Of a DNA stretch of 35,588 nucleotides, positions 21,940 to 30,492 are shown one piece after another. Location: assembly GCA_031409335.1 (NCBI GenBank), contig JANNWY010000197.1:1-35588 (forward strand). Direction: 5' to 3'. Under the pieces are notes generated by a model. The model had not been told where the DNA came from and did no database searches. It was given only the letters and a program-made list of their open reading frames with translations. This DNA is from Chthoniobacteraceae bacterium. Its GTDB lineage: Bacteria > Verrucomicrobiota > Verrucomicrobiia > Chthoniobacterales > Chthoniobacteraceae. The position numbers were made by a program, and so were the translations under genes. Each line of letters opens with the position of its first letter. The stretch's first letter is position 1.

Positions 21940-24897
21940 TTAATTTTCTTCTTCGTCTTCGTCAGTTTCCTTGATGGGGCGCGCCATCCACCAGAGGCCG
22001 AATTCACCGCGCGCGGCAGGCTTTCCGGCGATGAGATCGCGCACGGCGTTGTCGAATGGCGTGGGGTCGTTGGTCTTGCCGGGAAAGCCTTGCTGCTGTA
22101 AGCGCGCGGCTTCGCCGTCTTCCGGCGCGGGCTTTGCGCCTTGGTCGGCGGGCTGCGCAAATTTCTCGCGCCACGCGCGGCTGAGGTCGGGATTTTTCCA
22201 AAGCGCGTAGGCAAACATGATTGGCTTGCGCTGCCCTTCTTCACGCACCGTAAAGTAGGCGGAGATGATCGCTTCGGGCGGCGGCTGTCCTTCGAGCAGC
22301 GGGGTTTTCGCTTGGGCGAGTTGCGCCTTGTCGATGCTCCGCGCACCGCGTCCGCTTTGGAGAGCGAACTTTAATCCGCCGAGCAAGCCGACTGGCGCGA
22401 CGCCGACCGTGCAGGCATGTCCGTTGAGCGCGGCTTTCTCCGTGGCTTCGGCAATCTCTTTGCGCATCGCATCGTCGAAGCGCCGGCCTTTCCAGCGGTC
22501 GGCGTTGAACGCCTTCGCAAACTCGCTGCCGTCCAACTGCGTGCTGGTGACGGTGAGGCGCGCGGCAAGCAAGGCGGGAGGCCATTCGGCGAACTTGCCG
22601 AGTTGCGCGACGACGGCGGCTTGCTCGTCGGGAGTTTTCGCGAGCAGCGCGGGGAGGATTTTTTCTGGCGCGAGCGCGACGACCTCTTTCAAAATCTCGT
22701 CGGCGCGTCCGGCGGGGACGCGCGCGGCGTCGGGGATCGGCGGCGCGGGCTGGTCGGCGGCGAGGGCGCGCGCGTGCGCTTTGATCCAGCCGATGCCGAA
22801 CTCGGGACACGTTTGGAGCAGCTTTTGCCACGTTCCATTTTCGCCCGCCGCGAGCCGGGGCAGGACAAACGCGAGCGCGGTGAAGTCGCCGAAATTCTGC
22901 GCGGACGCGACCCAGTAAATCGGTTCGGGAATCGGCGTCTCGTCCGCGAGCAAGGTCGCGATGGCGGCGCGGGTCGCGGCATCCGGCGCGGCGGGCGCGG
23001 TCTTTTTCCCCCCGCGCTCGTGCTGCATGATGAGCGAAAGAATGCCGCTGCGCACCGCGGGATCTTTGGCTTTGGGCGCGAGTTGGTAAAGCTGCGCCTC
23101 GGCCTGCGGCCACGGGACTTTTTCGAGCTGGCCTTGGAGCGTTTCCCAAAGCTCAATCGAACTTTCTTTGTCGGCATCGGCGAGTTCGGCAAGCATGTCG
23201 GCGAGGCCCTGCGGTTTGAAAATCTGGTCGAACTTCTTGAGTTCGCCGTCGGCCTGGCGCTCGTACGCTTTGCGCTGCTCGGGGTCGATCTTTCGACCAT
23301 AGTTTTCCAACCGCTCTGCGCTGCGGACCTTGATCGCGGCGGCAACGATGGGGCGGAGCTTTTCACCAAAGGCCGCGGCGTCGGAGCCGAGTTTGGCGGC
23401 GTAGGCTTCGAGTTGCGCGGTCACGTTGTCATTCGCTCCGCCGTCCCACACGGCGGGATCGAGGAAGACATTCTGGAGCAGTTTTTGCGAAGCCGCGCCG
23501 CCCCTTTCCACGAGGAAACCGAGCGCGGGATCGAAGTTGTTGTCGCCAGTGCTTCCGCTCTCGCGCAGCGCGCTCCACGCGAGATCGTCGTCGCTCAATG
23601 CGGCGACCGTCGCGAACCACGCGAGCACTTTTTCCGCGCGCCCGGATTCGAGATCGTCGGCCTCGGTGCGCAGGCGGCTGGGGATGATGTTTTCGACGAG
23701 CGCCCATGCGAGTTCGCGGAGTTCGGCGGGACGGTCGAGGCCGCTATACTCGTGGCGGATACGCTCCGCGCGCGGCATGTCACTGCTGAAATAAGACGAT
23801 GAACTCGAATCCGATACGTCCGAGCGCCGGAGCGGGACGAGGCGGTGATCGTCGAGCAGTCGGGCGAGAGCGGCGAAGGCGGCGCGGCGGTCCGCGAAAA
23901 ATGCGGACGTGGGACCGTCGGACGCGCCTTCGCCGGACTCGACTGCCCGTCGCCCATCCTCGCCGCGCTGCGGCGATGCTCCGGGTGCGGCGAAAAGCCA
24001 GTTGGAGTCGCGCGGTAGCGATTCGATCTGATCGCGTTTTAGCGAGAGCAGGAAACTTGCGGCGCGCTTCCCAGCAGGGTCCGTGGCGAGGGGCGCGGGC
24101 GTTTGCGCGCGGGCGCGGCTGGCAAGGAAGAGCGCGGCATCGCGCCTCATCCAACCGCGCGGAAATTCGCCCGCGAGTTTTTCGATGGCAAGCGCGTAGG
24201 CCGCGTGGTCGCGTTTATCGAGGAAATCGTCGGTGAGCTGGCGCAGACGGCCATCCGCGAGGATGGACACGGCATGGTCGAGCGCGGCGGCGGAATCGCG
24301 AGTGAACGCGAGCGCGTCCCGCAGCAGAGTGGCGGCCTGTTCCGCGCGGCCTTGATGCTGAAGATGCGCGGATAGCAGGATCGCACCGGCAGCCATGGCG
24401 GGCTTCGCTTCCTCGCCGGAGAGATACTCGCCACTGACTCGGACGCCATTGCGGCTTTTCTTCGCGCCCGGCTTCAGCGCCTCGGCGAGCTTTTTCAAAT
24501 CGCCGTCGAGATCAGCCTCCTGGATTTGCGCCGCGGGAAGTTTGCCGCCGCTCTCGTCCTCAGCGCCCTTCGCGCGCCGGGCGCGGACGCGGCGGGTGTG
24601 ATCCACGATGAGTTCGACGGTCCCGGTTTTCTCCTCGCGCACGAGCCACGCATTTCCCGAGTAGCCCGCGCCATCGCCGCCCGGCAGCAGGATGCCGCCA
24701 TCGCCATTCTCAGCGAGCGATGCCTTCACCCACTTCGCACCGCGCGAATCCGGAAGGCCGAGTTTGAAAAAGTTTTCGAGTGTCTTCGCCAGCTCGACCG
24801 GCACTGCATCCTGTCCCAACGAGGTGCCTGCGCCGTGCCAAAATCCCGCTGCCGCAAATGAAACCACGAACAAGCAGGTTATGGATCCAATGCGCAT
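21940..24897 (-). CDS. Large secreted hypothetical protein (985 aa, mostly helical, acidic C-tail)
   Basis: Long ORF co-oriented with the operon, ending 13 nt before moxR; N-terminal signal-like MRIGSITCLFVVSFAAAG; no family recognised. Confidence 0.8.
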   Translation of the reverse strand: MRIGSITCLFVVSFAAAGFWHGAGTSLGQDAVPVELAKTLENFFKLGLPDSRGAKWVKASLAENGDGGILLPGGDGAGYSGNAWLVREEKTGTVELIVDHTRRVRARRAKGAEDESGGKLPAAQIQEADLDGDLKKLAEALKPGAKKSRNGVRVSGEYLSGEEAKPAMAAGAILLSAHLQHQGRAEQAATLLRDALAFTRDSAAALDHAVSILADGRLRQLTDDFLDKRDHAAYALAIEKLAGEFPRGWMRRDAALFLASRARAQTPAPLATDPAGKRAASFLLSLKRDQIESLPRDSNWLFAAPGASPQRGEDGRRAVESGEGASDGPTSAFFADRRAAFAALARLLDDHRLVPLRRSDVSDSSSSSYFSSDMPRAERIRHEYSGLDRPAELRELAWALVENIIPSRLRTEADDLESGRAEKVLAWFATVAALSDDDLAWSALRESGSTGDNNFDPALGFLVERGGAASQKLLQNVFLDPAVWDGGANDNVTAQLEAYAAKLGSDAAAFGEKLRPIVAAAIKVRSAERLENYGRKIDPEQRKAYERQADGELKKFDQIFKPQGLADMLAELADADKESSIELWETLQGQLEKVPWPQAEAQLYQLAPKAKDPAVRSGILSLIMQHERGGKKTAPAAPDAATRAAIATLLADETPIPEPIYWVASAQNFGDFTALAFVLPRLAAGENGTWQKLLQTCPEFGIGWIKAHARALAADQPAPPIPDAARVPAGRADEILKEVVALAPEKILPALLAKTPDEQAAVVAQLGKFAEWPPALLAARLTVTSTQLDGSEFAKAFNADRWKGRRFDDAMRKEIAEATEKAALNGHACTVGVAPVGLLGGLKFALQSGRGARSIDKAQLAQAKTPLLEGQPPPEAIISAYFTVREEGQRKPIMFAYALWKNPDLSRAWREKFAQPADQGAKPAPEDGEAARLQQQGFPGKTNDPTPFDNAVRDLIAGKPAARGEFGLWWMARPIKETDEDEEEN

Positions 24898-25014
24898 GGG
24901 GGACGCCGAAGGAATTACTCTGCCCGGCCCTCGCCGACAAACTCAAAAGCGTTTCATTGGGAATGCGGTTGCGGAAGGCTTGTCGCGACAGAAACGCACG
25001 GGTATTTGCCACAC

Positions 25015-25557
25015 ATGAAGCGCCCAACAGAAAAATCACCGAACCCGCAGCGGGTGCTGATCCTTGTCGATGAATCCAACGTGACCAGCTCCGCGAAAGC
25101 GGCGAATCGAAAATTGGACTGGCTGAAGTTGCAGGAGTTTCTCCTCGGCGGGCGTGAGTTGATTGAAACCGCGATCTACGCGGGCCTCCCGCCGGCCATG
25201 TCGGAGTGGCAGGCGGAGCGGGACAAGAAGAACAAGTTTCTCCACTGGCTGCGCTCGCACGGATTTATGGTGATGATCAAGGAGGGCTCGCCCGGCGCGG
25301 AGGCGCACTACAAGGCGAATGTCGATGTGCTGATGGCGATCGATGCGGTGGAGCTTTCCGTCCAGATGGAGCCCGATGTCGTCGTGCTCGTCTCGGGCGA
25401 CGCGGACTTTGCGTATCTCGCGTTGCAACTGCGCCGGCGCGGCATCCGCGTCGAAGCGGCCTCGACGATTCCGACGCTCGGCGCGGGATTGAAAAGTGCC
25501 GTCAACGCTTTCATCGACCTGACTCCGCTGTTGGAAACGTTTGAGTCGTTGGGGTGA
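25015..25557 (+). CDS. NYN domain protein (LabA/DUF88, PIN-like fold)
   Basis: LILVDESNV, KANVDVLMAID, LVSGDADFAYL...RRGIRVE. Confidence 0.88.
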   Translation: MKRPTEKSPNPQRVLILVDESNVTSSAKAANRKLDWLKLQEFLLGGRELIETAIYAGLPPAMSEWQAERDKKNKFLHWLRSHGFMVMIKEGSPGAEAHYKANVDVLMAIDAVELSVQMEPDVVVLVSGDADFAYLALQLRRRGIRVEAASTIPTLGAGLKSAVNAFIDLTPLLETFESLG

Positions 25558-25558
25558 C

Positions 25559-26233
25559 ATGGCAGATTACCCGCTGCAACAACTCATCGACGATCTCGCG
25601 GTCGCGATCACGCCTGGCGATTTTCACGCGGCATTTTTGGAATCTTGCGATGTCTTCGACCGAACGAACACCACGTTGATCGCCGAGCGCGGCGCGCAGA
25701 TCGTTTGCCGCGCAGGCTGTTCGCTCTGCTGCTCGCTGCGGGTCGATGTCCTCGCGCACGAAATCCTCCTAGTCGCCCACTACCTCCGCGCCCACTTTTC
25801 CCCGCCGATGCTGGCCGATCTGAAAGCGCGAGTCACCGCCCATGCCGCGCGCGTTTTGCCGCTGACGCCATTCGAGCATGCGACGCAAAACATCGCCTGC
25901 CCGCTGCTCGCCGATGATGGCCGATGCAGCGTTTACGCAGTGCGCCCGCTTTCCTGCCGGCGACATCATTCGACGAATTTCGCCGCGTGCCAGTTCACGT
26001 ACGATCATCCGGCGGATTTGGAATTTCCCGGCGCGCACGATGTCGAACTCTTCCGCACCTTGACGGCAGCGCTGCGGGAGACGGGGCAGGTCTATGCGGA
26101 ATTTGCCTTCGACACGACGATCTACGAACTCGGCACGGCGCTCGCGGAGGCGCTGGACGATCCGGCGAGCTGGACGCGCTGGCACGAGGGACAGCCCGCA
26201 TTTTTGCGAGCGTCGATCACACCCGCGCTTTAA
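25559..26233 (+). CDS. YkgJ/FliB-like cysteine-cluster protein
   Basis: CRAGCSLCC, CPLL, CSVYAVRPLSCR; ATG 25559 follows the NYN stop by 1 nt. Confidence 0.85.
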   Translation: MADYPLQQLIDDLAVAITPGDFHAAFLESCDVFDRTNTTLIAERGAQIVCRAGCSLCCSLRVDVLAHEILLVAHYLRAHFSPPMLADLKARVTAHAARVLPLTPFEHATQNIACPLLADDGRCSVYAVRPLSCRRHHSTNFAACQFTYDHPADLEFPGAHDVELFRTLTAALRETGQVYAEFAFDTTIYELGTALAEALDDPASWTRWHEGQPAFLRASITPAL

Positions 26234-26263
26234 TTCCGGCGGATTTCATCTGGGGAGCGCACT

Positions 26264-26283
26264 GGGCATGGCATGTGCATTGT
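26264..26283 (+). promoter_or_regulatory. Possible sigma54 (-24/-12) promoter for the HDOD gene
   Basis: GG-N10-GC in GGCATGGCATGTGC (26265-26278) and an overlapping TGGCATG-N4-TTGT variant. Confidence 0.35.
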
Positions 26284-26345
26284 CGCAGTTTTCTTATCGT
26301 TGATCCGTTCATGAAACCACTCGCCAAGCCGGCTCCTCCTTTCGA

Positions 26346-27194
26346 ATGACCGCCAGGGAAATCGTCGCACAAGTGACCAACCTCCCGGTCATGCCATCGG
26401 CCACCGTCAAGCTGTTGCAGCTTCTGGAGAATCCGATGGAGAACACCCAGGCTGCGCTGGACATCATCCAGCACGATGCCGTCCTGAGCGCCAAGCTCCT
26501 GCGACTGTGCAACTCCGCCGCGATCGGGCTTCGCAAGGCGGTGGCTTCGGTCGATCAGGCGGTGTTTTTCCTCGGATTTCGTGAGGTGCAGCGCCTCGCC
26601 CTCGCGCTCGGCGTGGGTGGCAGTCTGAAGCGGAAGGGCAAATGCAGCGAAGCCGAGGCGCGGGAACTTTGGCATCACTCGGTGACCACGGCTCACGCGG
26701 CCACCTTGATTTTGCCGGAGATCCGGTCGCTGGAAGTCGATTCGTCGATCGCGTTTACCGCCGGACTTTTGCACGATATCGGCAAGCTCGTTCTCGCCGA
26801 GGCGTTGACGCCGGAAATGCACACGGAAGTCCGGGCGCGCGTTTCCGGCGGGCTGCCACTTTGGGAAGCCGAACGAGCGGTCATCGGGTCGCCTCACTCG
26901 GAAGTGGGGGCCGTCCTTCTGCAGACCTGGCACATGCCGGAGATTCTCGTCGAGCCGGTTATCAATCATCACAAACCGGCATTTGAAACGGAGCCGAAAC
27001 TTTCCGTCCTCATCCATCTGGCGGACTGCGTGGCGCATCAGGTCGGCAAGAACCCGGCGTGGCCGGACTTTGCAGCGCTGGTGGACCAGGCGGCGGCTTC
27101 GTCCGTGGGCTTTGGCGCACCACAGTTGGCGTTCGCCTTGAAAGCGCTCGCTGAGCAGATGGAGAAAGTCGATCAGTTTGCCCAAGCGGCATAG
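26346..27194 (+). CDS. HDOD domain protein
   Basis: LPVMPS, DAVLSAKLLRLCNSA, AVFFLG, LWHHS, AGLLHDIGK, HSEVGAVLLQTWHMP, HHKP. Confidence 0.9.
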   Translation: MTAREIVAQVTNLPVMPSATVKLLQLLENPMENTQAALDIIQHDAVLSAKLLRLCNSAAIGLRKAVASVDQAVFFLGFREVQRLALALGVGGSLKRKGKCSEAEARELWHHSVTTAHAATLILPEIRSLEVDSSIAFTAGLLHDIGKLVLAEALTPEMHTEVRARVSGGLPLWEAERAVIGSPHSEVGAVLLQTWHMPEILVEPVINHHKPAFETEPKLSVLIHLADCVAHQVGKNPAWPDFAALVDQAAASSVGFGAPQLAFALKALAEQMEKVDQFAQAA

Positions 27195-27262
27195 GCCAGC
27201 AAATGGGCTCACCATCCGCACCGCGCACGGCTCACGAAATTTTGCAAACAACCACACCACGC

Positions 27263-27279
27263 TTGGCCCCGGCCTTGCT
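27263..27279 (+). promoter_or_regulatory. Sigma54 (-24/-12) promoter
   Basis: TTGGCCCCGGCCTTGCT: TGGC at 27264, exact GG-N10-GC spacing and TTGCT, 28 nt before ATG 27308. Confidence 0.6.
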
Positions 27280-27307
27280 AGACCAACCATGAGAACTCCA
27301 ATTCCCA

Positions 27308-28534
27308 ATGTCGGATAAAATGAAGCAACGCATTCTTTTTGTAGATGATGAAGCCATGCTTCTCGAAATGTACCGGCTGGTTTTCGAGAGCGATCAAGAG
27401 CGATGGGACATCCATTTCGCACCGGGGGCAAAGGAGGCGCTCGAAATGATGGAAGCCCAGCCGTTCGATGTGATCGTGTCGGACATGCGGATGCCGGGCA
27501 TGAGCGGGGCGGATCTTTTTCAGGAAGTGATGAAGCTGTACCCGCAGACGTCGCGCCTCATCATGTCGGGATACGCCGATCAGGAACAGATCGCCAAATG
27601 CCTCGGCGCGACGCATCAGTTCATCGCGAAGCCATTCGACATCAAGCTCCTCAAGAACACGATCTGGCGCGTCTGCGCACTGGATGGTTGGATGCTCGAT
27701 GAGAAGCTGCGCACTGTGGTCGCTCAGCTTTACAGCGTGCCGAGTCTGCCATCGCTTTACTTCCGAATCATGGATGCGCTCGCCTCGCCGGATGCCGGCG
27801 TCGATACGATCGGCGGGATCGTGGCGAAGGATCCCGCGATGACGGCGAAGATTTTGCAGCTCGTGAATTCCGCATTTTTCGGCATCGCGCGAAAGGTGTC
27901 GAACGCGATGGAAGCGGTGCAGTATCTCGGCGTCGGGCGGGTGCGCTCGCTGGTGCTTTCGCTGCATGTGTTTTCCTGTTTCGACACGCTGAAGATTCCG
28001 AACTTTTCGATCGAACGGGTGTGGGCCTACAGCCTGGCGACCGGGAGCCTGGCGCAAAAGATCGCCAAGGCGGAACGCGCCAGCCGCAACGACATGGATG
28101 AGGCATACGTTGCCGGCATGTTGCACGACATCGGCACGTTGATGCTCGCCTCCAGCTTCGCGGATCAATACGCAAAGGCTCTCGAGATCGCGAGTGAACG
28201 AAAGATCGCGATGATCGATGCCGAGCGGGAAGTCTTCGGTGTGACGCACGCGGAAGTCGGTGCCTATTTGCTCGGTCTCTGGGGTCTCCCGATCTCGATC
28301 GTCGAGGCGGTCGCCCTGCATCATGCTCCTCACCATACTGGGGTGAAATCGTTCAGCCCGTTGACTGCCGTGCATGTGGCGAGCGTTCTCGAAAACGAAA
28401 TTTCGGACACCGGCCCCGAAGCACTGCGAACGAAGATCGACGCGGAGTACATCGACGAAATCGGCCTCGGCGACCGTTTGGAGGAATGGCGCGACATCGC
28501 GCGCGAGGCGCTCGGCGGAGTCGCAGCGTCGTAG
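27308..28534 (+). CDS. Response regulator: receiver domain + HDOD domain
   Basis: RILFVDDE, VIVSDMRMPGMSG (phospho-Asp), IMSGY, IAKPF; then PSLPS, DPAMTAKILQLVNSAFFG, AGMLHDIG, THAEVGAYLLGLWGLP. Confidence 0.92.
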   Translation: MSDKMKQRILFVDDEAMLLEMYRLVFESDQERWDIHFAPGAKEALEMMEAQPFDVIVSDMRMPGMSGADLFQEVMKLYPQTSRLIMSGYADQEQIAKCLGATHQFIAKPFDIKLLKNTIWRVCALDGWMLDEKLRTVVAQLYSVPSLPSLYFRIMDALASPDAGVDTIGGIVAKDPAMTAKILQLVNSAFFGIARKVSNAMEAVQYLGVGRVRSLVLSLHVFSCFDTLKIPNFSIERVWAYSLATGSLAQKIAKAERASRNDMDEAYVAGMLHDIGTLMLASSFADQYAKALEIASERKIAMIDAEREVFGVTHAEVGAYLLGLWGLPISIVEAVALHHAPHHTGVKSFSPLTAVHVASVLENEISDTGPEALRTKIDAEYIDEIGLGDRLEEWRDIAREALGGVAAS

Positions 28535-28593
28535 CGAAAGTGGCGCGCCGCGCGCGCGGCATTGAGCGCAAGCATCGGTGTTTGGTCAGCTTC

Positions 28594-28740
28594 ATGCGAT
28601 CCGGGTTTTCCCTCGCGCTGACTTACATTCCCGCCGGGTGGATGGGCGACGCGAAGGCGCTCAGGCTCGATCCCGCGTGGACGGTTGCGAGTCCGGGAAA
28701 GCCGGTCGTCTTTTGCCTCGACGACATCGGCTGGGAATAG
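28594..28740 (+). pseudogene. Possible internally deleted remnant of a carbohydrate-associated beta-sandwich domain gene
   Basis: 48-aa ORF joining YIPAGWMGD..LRLD (resembles the start of a PSGWMGD-type domain) directly to AWTVASPGKPVVFCLDDIGWE* (resembles its FYLDDI.YE end). The resemblance is from recall and is unverified. Confidence 0.4.
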
Positions 28741-28746
28741 CGGTGT

Positions 28747-29352
28747 TCAGCTTGCGACCGGCTTGAGCGGAGTCGGCTCGGGAAACTGGACGTTGTAATA
28801 AATTTCCGCGAGCGGCAGTTCGATGTTCAGCGATTGCAGGCGGGCCGTGGCACCGAGTCCGGTGATCGGGGTGAGTTGCCAGGTGCCGTCGTCGTGGCGG
28901 AAGAAGACCTCCACCAGCGGCTCCTTTTGCGAGACGAGGACGTATTCGCGGAAGGAAGTGAGCGCCCGGTAATTCGCGAACTTGCCGCCGCGATCATAAG
29001 CCTCCGTGGAGTCGGAGAGCACTTCGAGGATGAGCGTTGGATTGGTCGCCGTTTCGGCGTCGTGCGCGGACATCAGGGACGGTTCGCAAATCACCGACAC
29101 GTCGGGATAGGTGAAGAGGCCGGTGGCAGGGATTTCGATTCGCAAATCGCTGCCGTACGGGGTGCAGCCCTTTCCGCGAAGCCGGTTTCCCAACTCACGA
29201 ATTGCATTCGATGAAATCAAGCAATGCATCCGGCTCGCGCCCGCCATCGCGAATATCTCTCCGTTGTAATACCCGCTCTTGTCTTCAGCCTCGCGCTCCA
29301 GGATGAGGTATTCTTCGACAGTGACGTGCGGTTTTTTCTGCGGAATAGCCAT
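28747..29352 (-). CDS. Uma2 family (PD-(D/E)XK-like) putative endonuclease
   Basis: TVEEYLILE, YYNGEIFAMAGAS..H, YPDVSVIC, NPTLILEVLSDSTEAYDRGGKF..Y, EYVLVSQ. Confidence 0.92.
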   Translation of the reverse strand: MAIPQKKPHVTVEEYLILEREAEDKSGYYNGEIFAMAGASRMHCLISSNAIRELGNRLRGKGCTPYGSDLRIEIPATGLFTYPDVSVICEPSLMSAHDAETATNPTLILEVLSDSTEAYDRGGKFANYRALTSFREYVLVSQKEPLVEVFFRHDDGTWQLTPITGLGATARLQSLNIELPLAEIYYNVQFPEPTPLKPVAS

Positions 29353-29373
29353 GCGGGGAAGGTAACGATGGTT

Positions 29374-29994
29374 TCACCGCGGTCGCAAGTCCATGCGCGC
29401 CAGCTCGCGGTCATGCCACTTGCTGAGAAAGAGCAGCGCGCAAATCGCGCCCACGAATGCGAGCGCCATGTCGGTCTGCGTGTCCCACACGTCGCCCTGC
29501 GTTCCGAGAAAGGAATCGCTGGCCTCGCCACTGACCAGTGCGACGAGCCATTCGATGAGTTCGTACCACGCGCTGATCGCCATGCACACGCACACGATCA
29601 GGAACGCGCGCCAGCGCGCTGAAGGGATCACATTCCAGCGGATGAAAAGCTCGCGCGCGACCATCGCGGGCACGAAGCCCTGCGCCAAGTGCCCGAGCCG
29701 GTCGTAGTGATTTCGCGAAAAATGAAACACCTCGCGCACCCAGTCGCCGACCGGCACGAGCGCGTAGGTGTACTTTCCACCGACGCAAAGGATGATCATG
29801 TGCAGCGCGATGAGTGTGTAAACCAGCGGGGTGAATGGAAAGCGGCGACGGGTCGGGATGAGAATGGCGAGGCCGATGATCGTCGGCGCGACTTCCAGCC
29901 ACCACGTCAGGCGATCGTGCGGCGCGACGCCCGACCACACCAGCACTGCGAGCACGGCGGCGAGCAGCAGGGCGGGGAGGGAGTTTGTGGACAT
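29374..29994 (-). CDS. DUF2238 (YjdF-like) inner membrane protein
   Basis: PHDRLTWWLE, GGKYTYALVP, RNHYDRLGH, YELIEW, FLGTQGDVWDTQTDM; start MSTNS at ATG 29994. Confidence 0.88.
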   Translation of the reverse strand: MSTNSLPALLLAAVLAVLVWSGVAPHDRLTWWLEVAPTIIGLAILIPTRRRFPFTPLVYTLIALHMIILCVGGKYTYALVPVGDWVREVFHFSRNHYDRLGHLAQGFVPAMVARELFIRWNVIPSARWRAFLIVCVCMAISAWYELIEWLVALVSGEASDSFLGTQGDVWDTQTDMALAFVGAICALLFLSKWHDRELARMDLRPR

Positions 29995-30049
29995 GGCGCG
30001 CACGGTGCGCGGTCGCCGCGTTCGTGGCAACTCCCGGCGCGATTTGCGA

Positions 30050-30078
30050 TTGGCGAACGCGTTCCGTTCCGTCATTCT
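30050..30078 (+). promoter_or_regulatory. Putative sigma70 promoter giving a leaderless DUF4870 mRNA
   Basis: TTGGCG-N17-CATTCT-N7-ATG(30086). Confidence 0.45.
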
Positions 30079-30085
30079 CCCGCGC

Positions 30086-30448
30086 ATGGAAACTCCTGCC
30101 ATCCCGCCCGCCATGCCCGCATCGGTCCCCACGAACGACGAAAAGATGCTCGCGATGCTCGCCCACCTCATCACTTTAGTGAGCAGCTTCATCGGGCCGC
30201 TCGTGATCTATTTGGTGAAGAAGGATGAAAGCGCGTTCGTCGGCGATCAGGCAAAGGAAGTCCTGAACTTTCACCTCAGCGTCCTGATCTACGCGGTCGT
30301 GGCAGGCCTCAGCGTCCTGCTGCTGATTGGCTTCGTGCTCCTGCCCGCGCTCGGCGTATTCGTGTTTGTCGTCACGATCGTCGGCGCGATCCGCGCCTAC
30401 GAGGGCAAAATGTACCGCTATCCGCTGTGCATCCGCTTCATCAGTTGA
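30086..30448 (+). CDS. DUF4870 (Tic20-like) membrane protein
   Basis: DEKMLAMLAHL, GPLVIYLVKKDES.FV..QAKEVLNF, YRYPLCIRFI. Confidence 0.88.
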   Translation: METPAIPPAMPASVPTNDEKMLAMLAHLITLVSSFIGPLVIYLVKKDESAFVGDQAKEVLNFHLSVLIYAVVAGLSVLLLIGFVLLPALGVFVFVVTIVGAIRAYEGKMYRYPLCIRFIS

Positions 30449-30455
30449 GCGCCGA

Positions 30456-30484
30456 TTGACACGCGGCATCCGCCGCCCGAAACT
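30456..30484 (+). promoter_or_regulatory. Putative sigma70 promoter for the PQQ-propeller gene
   Basis: Consensus TTGACA-N17-GAAACT, 8 nt before GTG 30493. Confidence 0.5.
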
Positions 30485-30492
30485 CCGCGCCT

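Noticed and set aside
21927..22346. Upstream extensions of the moxR, DUF58 (to 21795), vWA (to 17953) and DUF2238/DUF4870 ORF calls
   Set aside because: They overlap neighbouring genes, and recognisable family sequence begins at the downstream starts given in the feature list.
25015..29352. NYN and Uma2 nuclease-fold genes as a defence island
   Set aside because: Both are common stand-alone families, separated here by signalling genes, with no recognisable defence partners or mobile-element marks.
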